DNA of 64,000 bases from Bispira polyomma (Eukaryota), in the NCBI GenBank assembly GCA_965649765.1, contig OZ287755.1, positions 3,410,001 through 3,474,000 of the forward strand. Reading direction: 5' to 3'. A program made the translations under genes and the position numbers. Below the pieces are notes generated by a model, which saw nothing but the letters and a program-made list of their open reading frames with translations, was not told the DNA's origin and searched no databases. Shown here piece by piece: positions 13,001-25,130 of the stretch; positions within the stretch are counted from its first letter, which is position 1; each line of letters opens with the position of its first letter.

Positions 13001-14237
13001 ACTACACACAAGGAGTTATGTTAGACCACATAATGACATAAGACTTATTAGTAGATGAGGACACATATGAAGACATACTGACTTCCAGTGACAGGGCTTG
13101 TGGCTTTATTACACACAGCAGAAACAACTTAAAGTTTATAGGACCCGATTCTTATGATAAACTAGCAGAAGTATCAGACATTGTAAAGGCAACAAAGGTA
13201 GCAAATTATAAGCAAGCAAGAATCCCAATTAAGAGTGATCTTATAGTGAAAAACTGGAAAAATATTTAATTGACTACCCTGACAAGATTGTTCTACAATA
13301 CGTTGAATTTGGGTTTAACATTTCACTTGGGGATAGAGACAGATTGAGGGTGACTAACCATAAAAACCATTATTCAGCAAAAGCCTTTCCTGAAGCTATA
13401 AATAAACATTTTGTCAAAGAAGTGCAAAGAGGCACCTTAGTGGGTCCCATAGAAGGAGACCTTCACCCCGACCTTCACTGTTAACCATTACTGACAGTAC
13501 CTAAGGACACTGATCAACGTCGGTTAGTACTGAATTTATCACATCCCCTGGGTAAGTCAGTAAATGACTGCACCATTAAAACAAAATATGATAATATGGA
13601 CTTCAGCTTAAGGCCACCCACTATTGATCAGATCACTTCACATATTGTTGAATTAGGACTTAACGCAACCTTAGCAAAGGTGGACGTGGCTCACGCATTT
13701 CGTAACTTAAGGATTGACTGCTTAAAATTAGGTAATGTATGGAACAATAGTCACTACATTGATCTTAGCCTTACTTTTGGCCTAACTCATGGCACCACGG
13801 CCTTTATGATGATTTCTGATTGTATTACTTACATTATGAAACAGAAAGGCTACACAGTTTATAACTACATTGACGATTTTGTCCTGTAGAATCAAAAGAT
13901 AAGGCAGTCTTAACTTATGACACATTACAAGAAAGTTTGACAGATTTAGGTCTACTCATCAACGCGAAAAAACTAGTCCCTCCAAGTAAACGGGTTACTT
14001 TTATGGGAATCACTATAGATATCGACCAAGAAACTCTCAGCATTGACCCACGACAAACTAGTTTCTATAACTGACACATGTACCGAATTCCAATACTTAC
14101 GAAAAGTACGTAAACAGAAGTACCAGTTACTTAGCAAACTCTTGTTTATAGACCGTTGTATAACCCCTTTTTTACGTTTTGTAAGGCAATTCAATTGCAC
14201 CACAAAATGTGTTGTTACAAGTTGACGCTTGCTTGTC
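9834..14237 (+). repeat. Tandem duplication, 2 x 2202 bp (9834-12035 and 12036-14237)
   Basis: ORF translations are identical at offset 2202. The junction GCTTGT-C-AACACC has 1 bp of microhomology. Confidence 0.97.
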
Positions 14238-15581
14238 CGGCATAGGTGGTATTTCGAATGATAAAGTTTTCAAAGTGGCCTTGCCGTTATTTATGACACA
14301 CACTTTGTTGATTGTACATTTTGAAATGGTTAGCATTCTAATTGCCCTCAAATTATGGGGACGTGAGTGGAGTAACAAGAAAATAAAAATTCAGTAGAAT
14401 AACATGGCCGTTGTCGCTGTCGTGCAGTCATCCAGAACGAAAGATGATTATTTAGGCTTGTGCTTGTGGAATATCTGGCAAATTTGTGCAGTTGATAACA
14501 TTGATTTAATCATAAGTCATATCCCAGGTAAGGAGAATGTCATCGCAGACGCTCTATCTCGCTGGTATGAACCAGACCATTATGGCAGTCATATCAGTGA
14601 AATCATTACTGACAGTTTTATAATGCATGACATACCAATAGACTTTTTACACTAGACAGTTATGTTTAATTTCAGACACCTCACATTCAGCTGACTCACT
14701 AATTCAAGGGGCATTACGAGGTCTGGAGCCTCTTTAGCTTTCACTTCCAACAAAAAACTCCAGGACATCCAGAAACATGGTTGCTGGAAATCGGATCCTG
14801 TTTGGTCCTACCTTCAAGCCACATCACATGCATCACTTCTACCCTCGAGTTTGGCTTTGGCATGTTTTAAAATTTTACCTAAAAAGTTTACTTGTATAGT
14901 TGTAAATAGAGACGAATAGTTAGAAATAAAATATTCCCAAACAACATCTGATTTATCACCTCCTATCTCATATCATTTGAGCTTTAAAAGGTCAAACTCA
15001 TTCACCTACAATGTCAAGCTGGAATGTCAGTATACTCTGACCTCACTAATTAAGTGACTGTTATATTTTTTGTTACTAGCTTCTAATTAAAAAACATAAA
15101 AATGACACAATATTGTAGTTACTATCAGCAAAGTGGAACGTCAATTGTAGGTTGTTGCTACGGAAAACCATCTGTTGCTATAGAGTTTCCAATTTAAGTG
15201 TAATGATGTATATTTTATTATTTTTTAATATGCATACATTATGAGGGTGGTATTTTATAAAATTAAAATGCTTTTACATATAAATATTATTATAAATAAT
15301 AAAAAATATATTGACCCATTCAGTGATTCTGAACTGATTCCTAAACTACTGAAACAAAAGGACAACATTAAAAAAACTATGTGTGATCACAGAATCTCAG
15401 CATTAGAAATAAATGATGAATTGATTGCGTTCACTGTCAAAGTAAGTCTTTGTTTGCATACGAATATAAAGATATCATTCCTTCCTAGATTGAGACATGT
15501 GAATATCACACATCTCTCCTTTGATACTGGCTGGCAGTAGCTTTTGTAATCCCTGGAATATATAAAACCACAAACTTATCA

Positions 15582-16194
15582 CTACAAAATACTAGGATGT
15601 ACAATCTTTTTTCTCAGTGATGAGTACATTCCAATATGTGTGAAGGTATTGGGCTGTACTATGTATGCCCTGAACCCTCCGGTCTTTATGAACGTATCCA
15701 TGGCTGAGTCCTTTCCATAGCCTTTCTTGCACCTTGTCCCATTCAGGTACTTGACCACCTCTGCACCACCTCTACTGGGGTAGAGTATTGCTGGTGTACA
15801 GCAGCTGGGAGCGGGGGAGAACGTGTGTAAATAGGGGGACAGAAGCTCCCGGAAACTGTTGACATGTGCCCGGCCAATTGCCAGGAACAGCAGGGCAAAA
15901 TACACAGTACACTGGATGTACAAGCGAACTGACCTGGGTGCTTTGAGGAAGTTCATGACTATAATTCCACAGAGTGTAGCCACCCCAAAAAGTTCTGTCA
16001 GTCGCTCAGGTTCAATGCTCCAGTAACTCAGCAGCCTGTCAGGGTGGTAGAATTTCACATACGCTGTGTCTTCCTCTGATGTTGCCAAGGCCCCCCTCTG
16101 GTAGGAATGATCCAGGTGTATGTACAGTGTCCTTCTCAGAACTTCAAAAAAGTTTGAATTTGGCAAGGTGTCATCTTCTACCAGTAATACGTAT
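15582..16194 (-). CDS. PGAP4: PGAP4/TMEM246 GPI-GalNAc transferase homologue, last coding exon
   Basis: YVLLVEDD, YVKFYHPDRL, PAPSCCTPAILYP, KGYGKD and PNTFTHIGMYSSLR match the PGAP4 motifs. Acceptor TTTTTCAG|A at 16195/16194 is phase-compatible with the upstream exon. Confidence 0.92.
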
Positions 16195-16546
16195 CTGAAA
16201 AACAAGTGAACAATCAAAATCACTGTCCAAAAATAAGTGAACAATCAAAATCACTGTACAAAAAACTTGTGTATGTAACAAATGATTCACAAATTTAAAA
16301 TAGGTGTACCTTTAGCCTAAAATTTTTACTTGCTAGAATAATACAAATTCAAAGGTTTAATTAATATTTACCAAAACAATTTGATTACTGAAATTAGCTT
16401 AACTTAGTTTCAAAATACAACTTGACACTTCTACAGTATAATTGCTGTTGAATATTCAAAATACGTGGACTATATTGTCAAAAAGTATGGCTGATGGAAA
16501 AGCATGATGTACACTGGTTGTTCAGGTGTCATCAAACAGGTTTTAC

Positions 16547-17172
16547 CTCGGTTTATATTCTGACAGACTCTGGTTTAAACAAAACACATAGTCCTGTTTT
16601 TCTTTTTCCAGTACATTCACAGCTGATTTCTTCGGATGCTTGGAGAACCTTGTTACCATAGGCACATACTGCTTGAGGTGCATCGCTTCAGTAAATGAGC
16701 TAAAGTTCATGTCAATGTTGCACATCTGCAGCTTAACGGTATAGGGAAAGGATGTAGGGTAATTTTTAAGATCATCGAATAACTTTAAGAACCGAGCCAC
16801 AGTTTGTGTTAGATACTCGGCTCCGTGCTGCAAATCTTTGGTGTCTGTGTTTCTAGCCTGTGTGATAATTGAGATGACAATGTCAATGTTGTGAATTACC
16901 GAGTTGGCAAGAACCGATGAGATTTCAGATTTGCTCAGAGAGCTGAGATAAGACCGGGCAGACTGGACACGTTCTGTGTTGAGCTCCTGTTCTCGGATCC
17001 GGGCCACATCCAAATCTGGTCTGACATAGAACCAGCAATATTTCTTGTTTATACAGAATACAGGCAGTATTAGCACAAATGTTACCAAGTAGAGTATGAC
17101 AGCTTTGTAACCAATAGAATTTCTAAGGAGCGAGTTCACCTTGAACAGCAAGGCTCTGACTTTACATGCCAT
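16547..17172 (-). CDS. PGAP4: PGAP4/TMEM246 homologue, first coding exon (MACKVRALL...)
   Basis: N-terminal TM anchor, EYLTQTV and EKEKQDYVFCL motifs. Donor AG|GTAAAA at 16547/16546 and upstream acceptor TTGTATAG|G at 17195/17194. Spliced CDS is 1239 nt, encoding 412 aa. Confidence 0.9.
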
Positions 17173-17297
17173 GTTTGCCTGGTTGACTAGGTCCCTATAC
17201 AAGACAAGAAAATAAACACAAATATTAGTAGGACATTTAGTAGAGTGTACACCTCCAACAAGGGCGAGAGTGTCAACAGTTAACCATTCTCTGGATA

Positions 17298-17821
17298 TCA
17301 CAGTCAGTCCTAGAATATAATTTTGTATATACACAGTCAGTCCTAAAATACAATCTATTGATACAAAATCAATACTTGAATACAATCCTAATATACACAG
17401 TCAGTCCTAGAATACAATCTATTTATTCACAGTCAGTATTAGAATACAATCTCTTTATACATTCAATAATAGAATACAATCTATTGATGCACAGTCAATA
17501 CTAGAATACAATCTTAATATACACAGTCAGTCCTAGAATACAATCTATTTAAACACAGTCAGTCTTAGAATACAATCTATTCATACACAGTCAATACTAG
17601 AATACAATCTATTTATAAACAGTCAATACTAGAATATAATCTATTCATATACAGTCAATACTACAATGCAATCTTTATATACACAGTCAATACTAGAATA
17701 CAATTTATATACACACAGTCAGTCCTGGAATAAAATCTATTTATACACAGTCGGTCCTAGAATACAATCTATTTATACATAATTAATACTAGCATACTAT
17801 TGTAATATACACAGTCAGTCC
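17298..17821. repeat. 32-bp minisatellite (~16 copies; ACACAGTCAGTCCTAGAATACAATCTATTTAT) in the PGAP4 5' intron
   Basis: Unit starts at 17521, 17553 and 17585 are exactly 32 bp apart. Confidence 0.93.
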
Positions 17822-17928
17822 TTTGTAATTTATCAAGTAACTTAACCTTTATGATATGGTTGTATTTAATTCCAATTCTGTAATATAACAATTTTTATCA
17901 CACATAATTCTGTTTTACACAAAATTCA

Positions 17929-18125
17929 ATTCACAACAGGTCTGAGCCTTATCTTGGTCTTAAGGTTAACATTGATGCCTATAATAGTCCAGACTACCTA
18001 CTATTCTCTCACTCTCACTGGAACTAAGACCCAAATCTGAACCCTTTCAGCCAAAAAAAAAAAAGATTCAAATATCTTAAGCTTTAGACTAAGTTAAGAC
18101 TTAGACCTTTTGTGAACACGACCTC
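17929..18125. mobile_element. Short decayed MITE (TTCACAACAGGTCTGAG...CTTAGACCTTTTGTGAA inverted ends); a similar element lies at ~29850-30400
   Basis: Imperfect inverted termini and internal TAAGAC/GTCTTA motifs. Confidence 0.45.
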
Positions 18126-19752
18126 AGACAATTTAGTCAGCTAATACTTACCCTTATTAAAACCAGAAAGCATTCATTGTTCTCTAATTTTATTCTAACA
18201 TATATTTATATATTCTGTATATATTTAATAGTGAAATAATCCATATCCCTTCACAACATACACATATAAATCCACGTAACTAATACATATAAATGAAATA
18301 TGACAACAAACCAAGGGGTCGTAATAGAATGAAATACACAAAGTAAGTGTGGTGTTACAGTAAGTTGGTTGTGTTAACATTATGTGTGTATCTGGTACAG
18401 AACACACACAGGCACCCACTAGAAAAGGTGAATCATACACATCACTGGAAGCCAGGCAATCGAAGTAGTTAAGTGGTAGTATTATTTGTCATGAGTAAGT
18501 ACTACCACACATATACACCAATACTCAACAATAAATCGCATTCGATATTTTGGCCTGGAGTTATTCTACCTAGGTTATGTAAATATTGTTAAGGCTTTAG
18601 TAACGTAAATACACAAATGCATAGCCCGTATATTATACCTCAGTTACGAAAATGTTTTAACCATAAGTATCTACTATGGCAGCCATAAAATATGTCTTTA
18701 GTGACCATTTTTAACCATTTTTATATGCAAATACCATTTAAAACTTTAATATTTCTTTGCAAAGTAATGAAAACAGCCATATAACAATTCTGGTATTGTG
18801 ACGTCACACAGTTTGAAATCTATAGTGGAACGTCATATTTGTAAACGATTATTGATCCAACACATATGACGATGTTATATAGGCTAAACAACTTTAGAGA
18901 ACATGTCTATAATTTTTCATGATTTACATTTTAAAATAGGTTTCCCTATTTTATATAAACAAAGAATACAAAACATCTTTCTGTTTAGAAGAGTGTAAAT
19001 TTAATGTTTCTCTAAAATTGACAGTGTTTTTGTGCTTTTTTTGAAAAACGAATTTATTCAAAATAATGTTAATGTTTTCCTTTTTCTATTCATGTACAAT
19101 TTATCTCTGGCTTTATCTCTAGCTTTTTCAGTATTGATCCCTTTTTGGTATATGAATTGTGTAACGTGAAGCATGTACTTTGACAAATACTACCCATATT
19201 TGTTACAATTTTACACAATGCCACTGTATTATGTGTCCCAAAATATGTATTAAAACGAAACGTAAAATAAAAAAATAGCTTATAATTAAAATAGATGTTA
19301 TTGTCTATTACTTCTACTCATAAAAATGTAAATATGTTATTCATAAATCGAGTTAAGGCAACAAATAAAAGTTTTGCAGTTTCAGAGAAGCTCAAGCATA
19401 CATAACGTGGTTATCAGCGATCGTTTTATGTGTTTACATTACTAAACCCTTAAATAACATATACATAACTCATAAGTGTTAACCGATGTATAGATTGTGT
19501 ATATTTCAAAGGTATTTTAATTGTATATATGTCACAGTAAATTTGTAAAATCAGTCAATACACGTATTTTATGAAATTTTCAGTAAATACGTGTATTTAG
19601 TGATTTCGCCAAAAAAAGTAAAAAAAAATCATACAAGAAGTATGCATTACAAAACAAAAAAATCTACAGAAATGGTAAAACATAAAAAATGAGGATAAAC
19701 ATAAAAGAAAAAAAAGCATACAGAACATACCTCATTTTATGTCTATGTAAAT

Positions 19753-22645
19753 ATGTCCAACAAGGTTGGCAAAAAGTGTAAATATAACTTGGTGGACAGC
19801 GTCGCTGACAAAGTGGCTACCGTCGATCCTGGTTTCGGATTCTGTTTCTGCTTTGATTCTACAACAACTGGTGGCGATGAACTGTCTCCTCGGATAGCAT
19901 GGACTGGCGAGTGCAGGCTACAAAGGCGGCGCTTTGTATACCCAGCGATAAGGCATGCAATACTTCTTCTAAATCAGCTACTTGTACTATTGAACCAGTA
20001 GTTGAGGCCATTGTGCCATCCCTTAGAGTATTTACGTTCTAATGCAGGCTTACAAAACCAGGTTGTTCAACAGCTGCTGCAGTTGTAACACTTAAATGAT
20101 TTAACGGGAGGTAAATTTAAGTCCCAGAGATGTGGTGCTGAAGAGAAACTTGGATTGGCCACAAAATTTTGTCTTGTCTGGTGTAAAAAAGGTTAGACCC
20201 ACCTATGATGACCTTACGTTGGTTCAATTTATCTCTGGCTTTATCGCATGCACCCAAGAGCAAAAGGAACCCTCTGTCCGAGAGGCCATGCTAGAATACC
20301 TTGCTAATTTAATGGACGACGCCCATGATTTTTCATGTGACGCCGCCAAAACCTCTCATGCCATTTTATTAACTAATATGGAAATGGATTGTCTTACTTG
20401 GACGGACTTTGACATGGTTGACCGGATAAGGCATGCCCATGCACAACATCATATTCCCTTGGCATCGGGTGGGTCTGGCCCTTCTAAAAACAGTGGTAAC
20501 TGTAAAAGTAAAGTACAAGCCAGAACTCCTAAAGTTAACGGTCGTTTCTTTCAAGAGGGAACGTGTAAATTTAAGGCCAGCCATCGAACCTCTTGACGGT
20601 GGTTCAAACACTGCTGTGAGGGTACAAGGGTACTCACCACACAAAGCTATGTCCTAAGAAAGAGGTTACAAAAAACTTTAAAAAAAAAAACTGTATATAA
20701 TTCTGCCTTTTCAGATTTTAAACTGTTTAACCATGTATGTTTCATTTCTAAGGTATGTGTAAAGCGAATTGTCCCAAGGTCTTATCGGGATGTGCTAAAA
20801 CAGGGCACAAGTGGTGCCGCTGGAAATTTCAGTGGAAAACCTAAGGTGGGCGAAAAAGGGGGAATACTTGAAACCAGGGCCCCTATTGCCACAGTCATGT
20901 CAAAAACCTATTCACGAAAAGGTGGTAAACCTGTTGCCAACAATCCATTGTTCCCTACAAAACGTGTGTATGAATCTAATCTAATCTAATCTAGTCGTAC
21001 TTTTATAGCGCTTAATCTTTGTACAACAAATTCTAAGGCGCAACAAACCCAAAACGTTAATCGCAAATCAAAAATAGTGGGCGGATGGAAGTCGTAACCA
21101 GGGAGACTACCGTAGATGGTTGCGATGGCTAAGGTGGAAAAGCCTGTTCAAAAAGATAGGCCTTCAGCTTACTCCTGAAAGAGGAGAAAGTTTGAGCCAG
21201 GCGAACATGATCAGGTAGGCTGTTCCAAATGAGGGGGCCATCATGAGCTAGGCAGTGATTGAACTGAACTTTGGATTTGTGGATGCGAGGGTCGAAAGTG
21301 GGAATGTTAAGGTATAATTTATCAGAGTTACTGCGCCTAGTCCTGACTGAGCATGTATATTTAGATAGATGGGGGCTAAAATAAGTGGGTAATCCAGAAT
21401 TTAGAAATTTATATATTATTGTTGCTGTTTTGAAAGCAACACGATATTTTATTGGAGCCAGTGCAGTGACTTCAGTACAGGAGTAATGTGGGAAAATTTA
21501 GATGTTTTGGTCACAATACGTGCCAAGGAGTGTTGGATATTCTGAAGGAGTCTGAGATCACTACGAGATAAGGAACGGAACAGAGAGTTGCAGTAATCAA
21601 GCCTGCATTGGCAACAGTGATTGCAGTGGATTTGGAAGATGAAGACAAAATCAATCTTGTTGCCAACAAACCATTGTCTAGGTCGAGTGTACAAACTGTT
21701 ATTAGCCATGTTGAAACCAATTAAGTGAACGTGTCAAAACAGAACCATGGTTCCTCTGTCAACCAATTAGGTTGAGTGTTATTGAGTCTAACAATGGACG
21801 GGGGGGTGGGGGGGGAGGTCTCCCCCATTGTCAAACCAATTAAGTCAGAGGGTGTTAAAGGTGACAATGAACCTGATAGTTTCAGGTTGGCCCTTCACAA
21901 TAGGTTTGCTTGTTTGGACAGTCTGTTTGTAGAGACAATCGAATTGGGTGACACTTCACTTGAGGGGGAAAGTACTGCCTGTGGCCCGAAAATTACCCCT
22001 GAGTTCCAAAAGGATCTGAACTGGTTTACTGCTTTCCTGCATTAATATAATGGGGTCACTTTTTTCCATCATGCCCCCATTACTGCCATGAATGAGTTAG
22101 ATGCCTGCCTTACAGACATGGGGGAATTTACCGGAAACAAGTCTACTACCTCCCTGTCCCTGTTGCTATGCAACACCACAATATTGCTTCATTCGAAATG
22201 TTGAACATTCATGTTGCTCTCAACTTGTGGGGAAGACATTGGCAGGGTCACAAACTACTAGTAAAAGGCGACAACCAGGCGGTTGTAAGTGTCCTCACTC
22301 ATGGTAGAACTCGGGACAGTGAATTAGTTTGATGTAGAGATAAAAGTAGTGCATATTTTAGGAAATGACAACACAACTACTGACATGCTGTCTTGTTGGA
22401 CAAATTCTACAAAAGATAACGTTCTCTTGCAGGAGCTGGCTGGCACTGTCCAATGGTGTACAGTGACTGAAGATCACTTGTTGCTTAATGACCAAATATA
22501 ATGTATTACTTTGTCCTCTTTCTCTTGGCAGTATTTTGTATTACAGGCAAGAGTCCTCTGTAACAGTTACTATATAGAAATACAACCAAGAAGCTGCACC
22601 TGGCCTTCTGCAGATCAGCCGACAGATCATATACAGCCATGTAAA
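19753..22645 (+). mobile_element. Tyrosine-recombinase retrotransposon, copy B; RT core deleted, interrupted by an L2, YR truncated
   Basis: Gag (GKFKSQR, WPQNFVL, YDDLT, HDFS, HAILL; 20132-20680); RT/RH junction FQKDLNWFTAFL..YNGV; RNase H (LDACL, EMLNI, GDNQAVV, DMLS); YR N-terminus at 22547-22645. Confidence 0.88.
20973..21745 (-). mobile_element. 5'-truncated L2 LINE nested in copy B
   Basis: RLDYCNSL...HITPVLKSLHWL, a 3' stem-loop GCGCCTTAG...TAAGCGCT, and an (AGATT)4 tail. Confidence 0.9.
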
Positions 22646-22649
22646 GCCT

Positions 22650-23200
22650 TTATGAAACATACAAACAAATTCAGATCTTCAGAGTTTCCAACATTAGTTT
22701 CACTTCTAAAATTATTGTAAAGGTTGTTGCTCAGCAGATTAATGAAACAACAAGCAGCCAACCTACAGCCTTTAGAGCCTTTAGAACCCGTAAGCCTTTA
22801 GAACACACAACTCGACTGAAAAAGCTATGTTGGGCGCTTTATGTAATGACATTGAACTTGCTCTTGACAAAGGTGAACTTACTGCTCTGACACTGCTGGA
22901 CAGGTCAGCAGCTTTTGATACCATCGACCACAACAATATAAAACACACTTCAAAAAGTTGGTTTAACATTAAAGGCCTCGCCAATATAAGCCAAATAATC
23001 AAAATTGATGACCACCTGTCTACTCATTTTGACTTACATTAAATAATTTCCCAGAGAATTCATACAAATTGACAGGGATAAACTCAAATCACTCCACGGC
23101 AATGATGTACTGCCAACTGAGAGAGTTAAGAACTTAGGTGTTACCTTTGATTGCCTCTTTTCCTCTAACAATCATATTTCTAATGTGTGTTGTCCCTGCT
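22650..23200 (+). mobile_element. L2 LINE RT fragment
   Basis: NDIELALDKGELTALTLLDRSAAFDTIDH and VKNLGVTFD motifs; internal deletions. Confidence 0.8.
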
Positions 23201-23479
23201 ATATTGTTCTTTTTCAGCAGGCTTACAATAGGAAACAGAATCTCAGTTTTCGATACCAGGACCAGTAAATGGCTTTGATAATGCACCTTATCTATTCTAG
23301 CATCCACACTACACAATAATTTACCAGCCAATATATGATCCCAGAAAACCCTATCTGGTTTGAGAAGCTGCCTTTTTATTCCCGCTTACCCTACATAAAA
23401 ATTTTATTTCATGTCAATCCACCCATAACAAGCCAAATATTTATTTTTTATTACTTCTTCAAGACGGTAAAAATTTAAA

Positions 23480-24272
23480 GGGACCTCTTGGGTGCACACC
23501 AGAAGATATATTTTCTCGCTAAAACTAGTATAAAATTCAATGGCTTGTAATTTTTTGTCTTGTTTGACATATCCAAAGATTTTAGTTATATCACAAATGT
23601 GTAATTCAAATTTTATTTTATTTTTTATCCAAATTTTAACATTATTCCATAGCTCTTATGTCAGCTTACACTCAGAGAAAAGATGTTTAGTAGTTTCTAC
23701 ATGTTAACCACAGAGGCGACAGTTATTGGTGTCCTCAATCTTGATTTTGAAAAGGTAATCATATGTTCCTAGTATATTATACAAAATTGTGTACTGGAAC
23801 CAAAAACAGAATCATCTCGAATTGTTTTAAAGCAAATTTTACAAATTAAATGCCACATTTTGTCATTTATTACAGAGCTCATTTTCCTTTCCCATTTTAA
23901 CTCGCACTTTATAGGCGTTTTCCTTTCAGCTTGAATCATACAGTTATAATATATCTTATTGCCTCTTTTCTTGTTAAAGAGGGGTTGCACATGGAATGGC
24001 CGATGTGGTCTGTGCAACTGTGCAATACAAAATGATTTCCTTTTGAATGTTCTGAAAAATGTTTTTTTTTTTTTAGTACAGACCTTATTTTAAAATATTC
24101 TAGAATATTTAGATCCACATCGTAGGTGTGAGATAATTCCTTCCTTCTGAGCAAACGTCCTTCTGAGCACACAATATCTCCCACTATGTGTATCCCATGT
24201 TTGGCCCATTTTGGGAAAAACAGGTTTTCTTTTATAATACACTCATTTAACCAGATGCTAGACCGAACACTG
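23480..24272 (-). mobile_element. Tx1/L1 LINE ORF2 3' fragment with a zf-RVT-like finger
   Basis: IWLN...FPKWAKHGIHIVGDI, LKWE, and CRLCG..ETTKHLFSEC motifs. Confidence 0.82.
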
Positions 24273-24430
24273 CACACAGTTGTTCAAGGTTCTGCACTGA
24301 AACCAGCGGCCCACAGTTAGGAACTACTACCTTTCCCACATAGGCATCAACGGGAGTCGAACCCATGCCAGCCGATCCCAGAGGTGAGAGACCAGTGATT
24401 GCTTGCTAACCACTAGGCCACCGCGGCCCC
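24273..24430 (-). mobile_element. tRNA-derived SINE (same family as 62290-62514)
   Basis: Minus strand has an A box (GGGGCCGCGGTGGCCTAGTGG) and a B box (GGTTCGACTCC); near-identical to the 62 kb copy. Confidence 0.88.
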
Positions 24431-24928
24431 TTAACCAAAAAATCACTTGTTTGGTTGTAAATCCTCTTAAAGTTGTCTGCTTGGACAACTTGTAGGCCAA
24501 ATATACTCAATTGATAACATTACAAACTTTCCTCCCAAGACTTAAATGGCGTGCAACTTTTAATTCTGTGTCATCTCTAACAAAGAAACACCCAATTAAA
24601 TTAAATACACCTATACCTCCAGTTGTACACGTGAGTACATTAATTCACATCAATAATCAAACACAGGATCAAATATCAGCAAATCATTGGAAAGTTTTAA
24701 ACTATACCAGATAGATACACAAAAAACCTAAAAGTTTATTTTAAAATATACTGCAACCATTACAATAAATATGCCGTGCTGGTTGTGAACAGGCTATAGC
24801 TCACTAAATAAGGAGTAAAATACGTAAAATCTACAGCACAGGACATAGTTATGATTTTGTCATACTTAAGTACACAATACCCAGCTAATGGGGTACATTT
24901 TGATTACTGCTTATTGATTACTAATTGT

Positions 24929-25130
24929 GGTCCCTCGTGGTCTAGTGGTTAAGTAGTTTAATGATCAGAAGGTCTTGAGTTCTATTTCCGGTACTGGCCG
25001 CTAGTTTCTGGTGGGATAACATCCTTGTGCAAGATGTGTACACATGTTTGCCTAGTGGCCTGGATAACCATTTAAAATGGCGGTCGTCTGTCCTAAAGAT
25101 CCTTTGGGGTCCTTTTATTCAGTTAGGGGA
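24929..25130 (+). mobile_element. tRNA-derived SINE with a CORE-like segment
   Basis: A box TGGTCTAGTGG, degenerate B box GAGTTCTATTTC, and TCCTTGTGCAAG...TTGCCT. Confidence 0.6.

Larger units (their letters stand above)
9146..14870 (+). mobile_element. Tyrosine-recombinase retrotransposon (DIRS/Ngaro/PAT-like), copy A; 5'-truncated, internally duplicated, YR mostly deleted
   Basis: Gag with Cys/His finger (9492-10055); RT (KVDVAHAFRNL, FGLTHG, NYIDD); RNase H (DAC, EMVS, ADALSR; 14209-14655); YR C-terminal box RSGASLAF...HGCWKSD..WSYL (~14718-14815). Confidence 0.92.

Noticed and set aside
15150-15185. RFX X-box-like motifs GTTGCTACGGAAAAC and GTTGCTATAG
   Set aside because: Spacing is imperfect, there is no nearby gene start, and such motifs are common in repeats.
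17173-17385. N-terminal extension of the PGAP4 ORF in the ORF track (also 16195-16244)
   Set aside because: It runs through splice acceptors into intron and minisatellite sequence and uses non-ATG starts.
17298-17821. 32-bp repeats as a CRISPR array
   Set aside because: The units are head-to-tail without unique spacers, there are no cas genes, and the context is eukaryotic. It is a minisatellite.
24273-24430. tRNA gene (also 62290-62514 and 24929-25000)
   Set aside because: A and B boxes are present, but there is no closed cloverleaf and the copies share a long non-tRNA body. These are SINEs.
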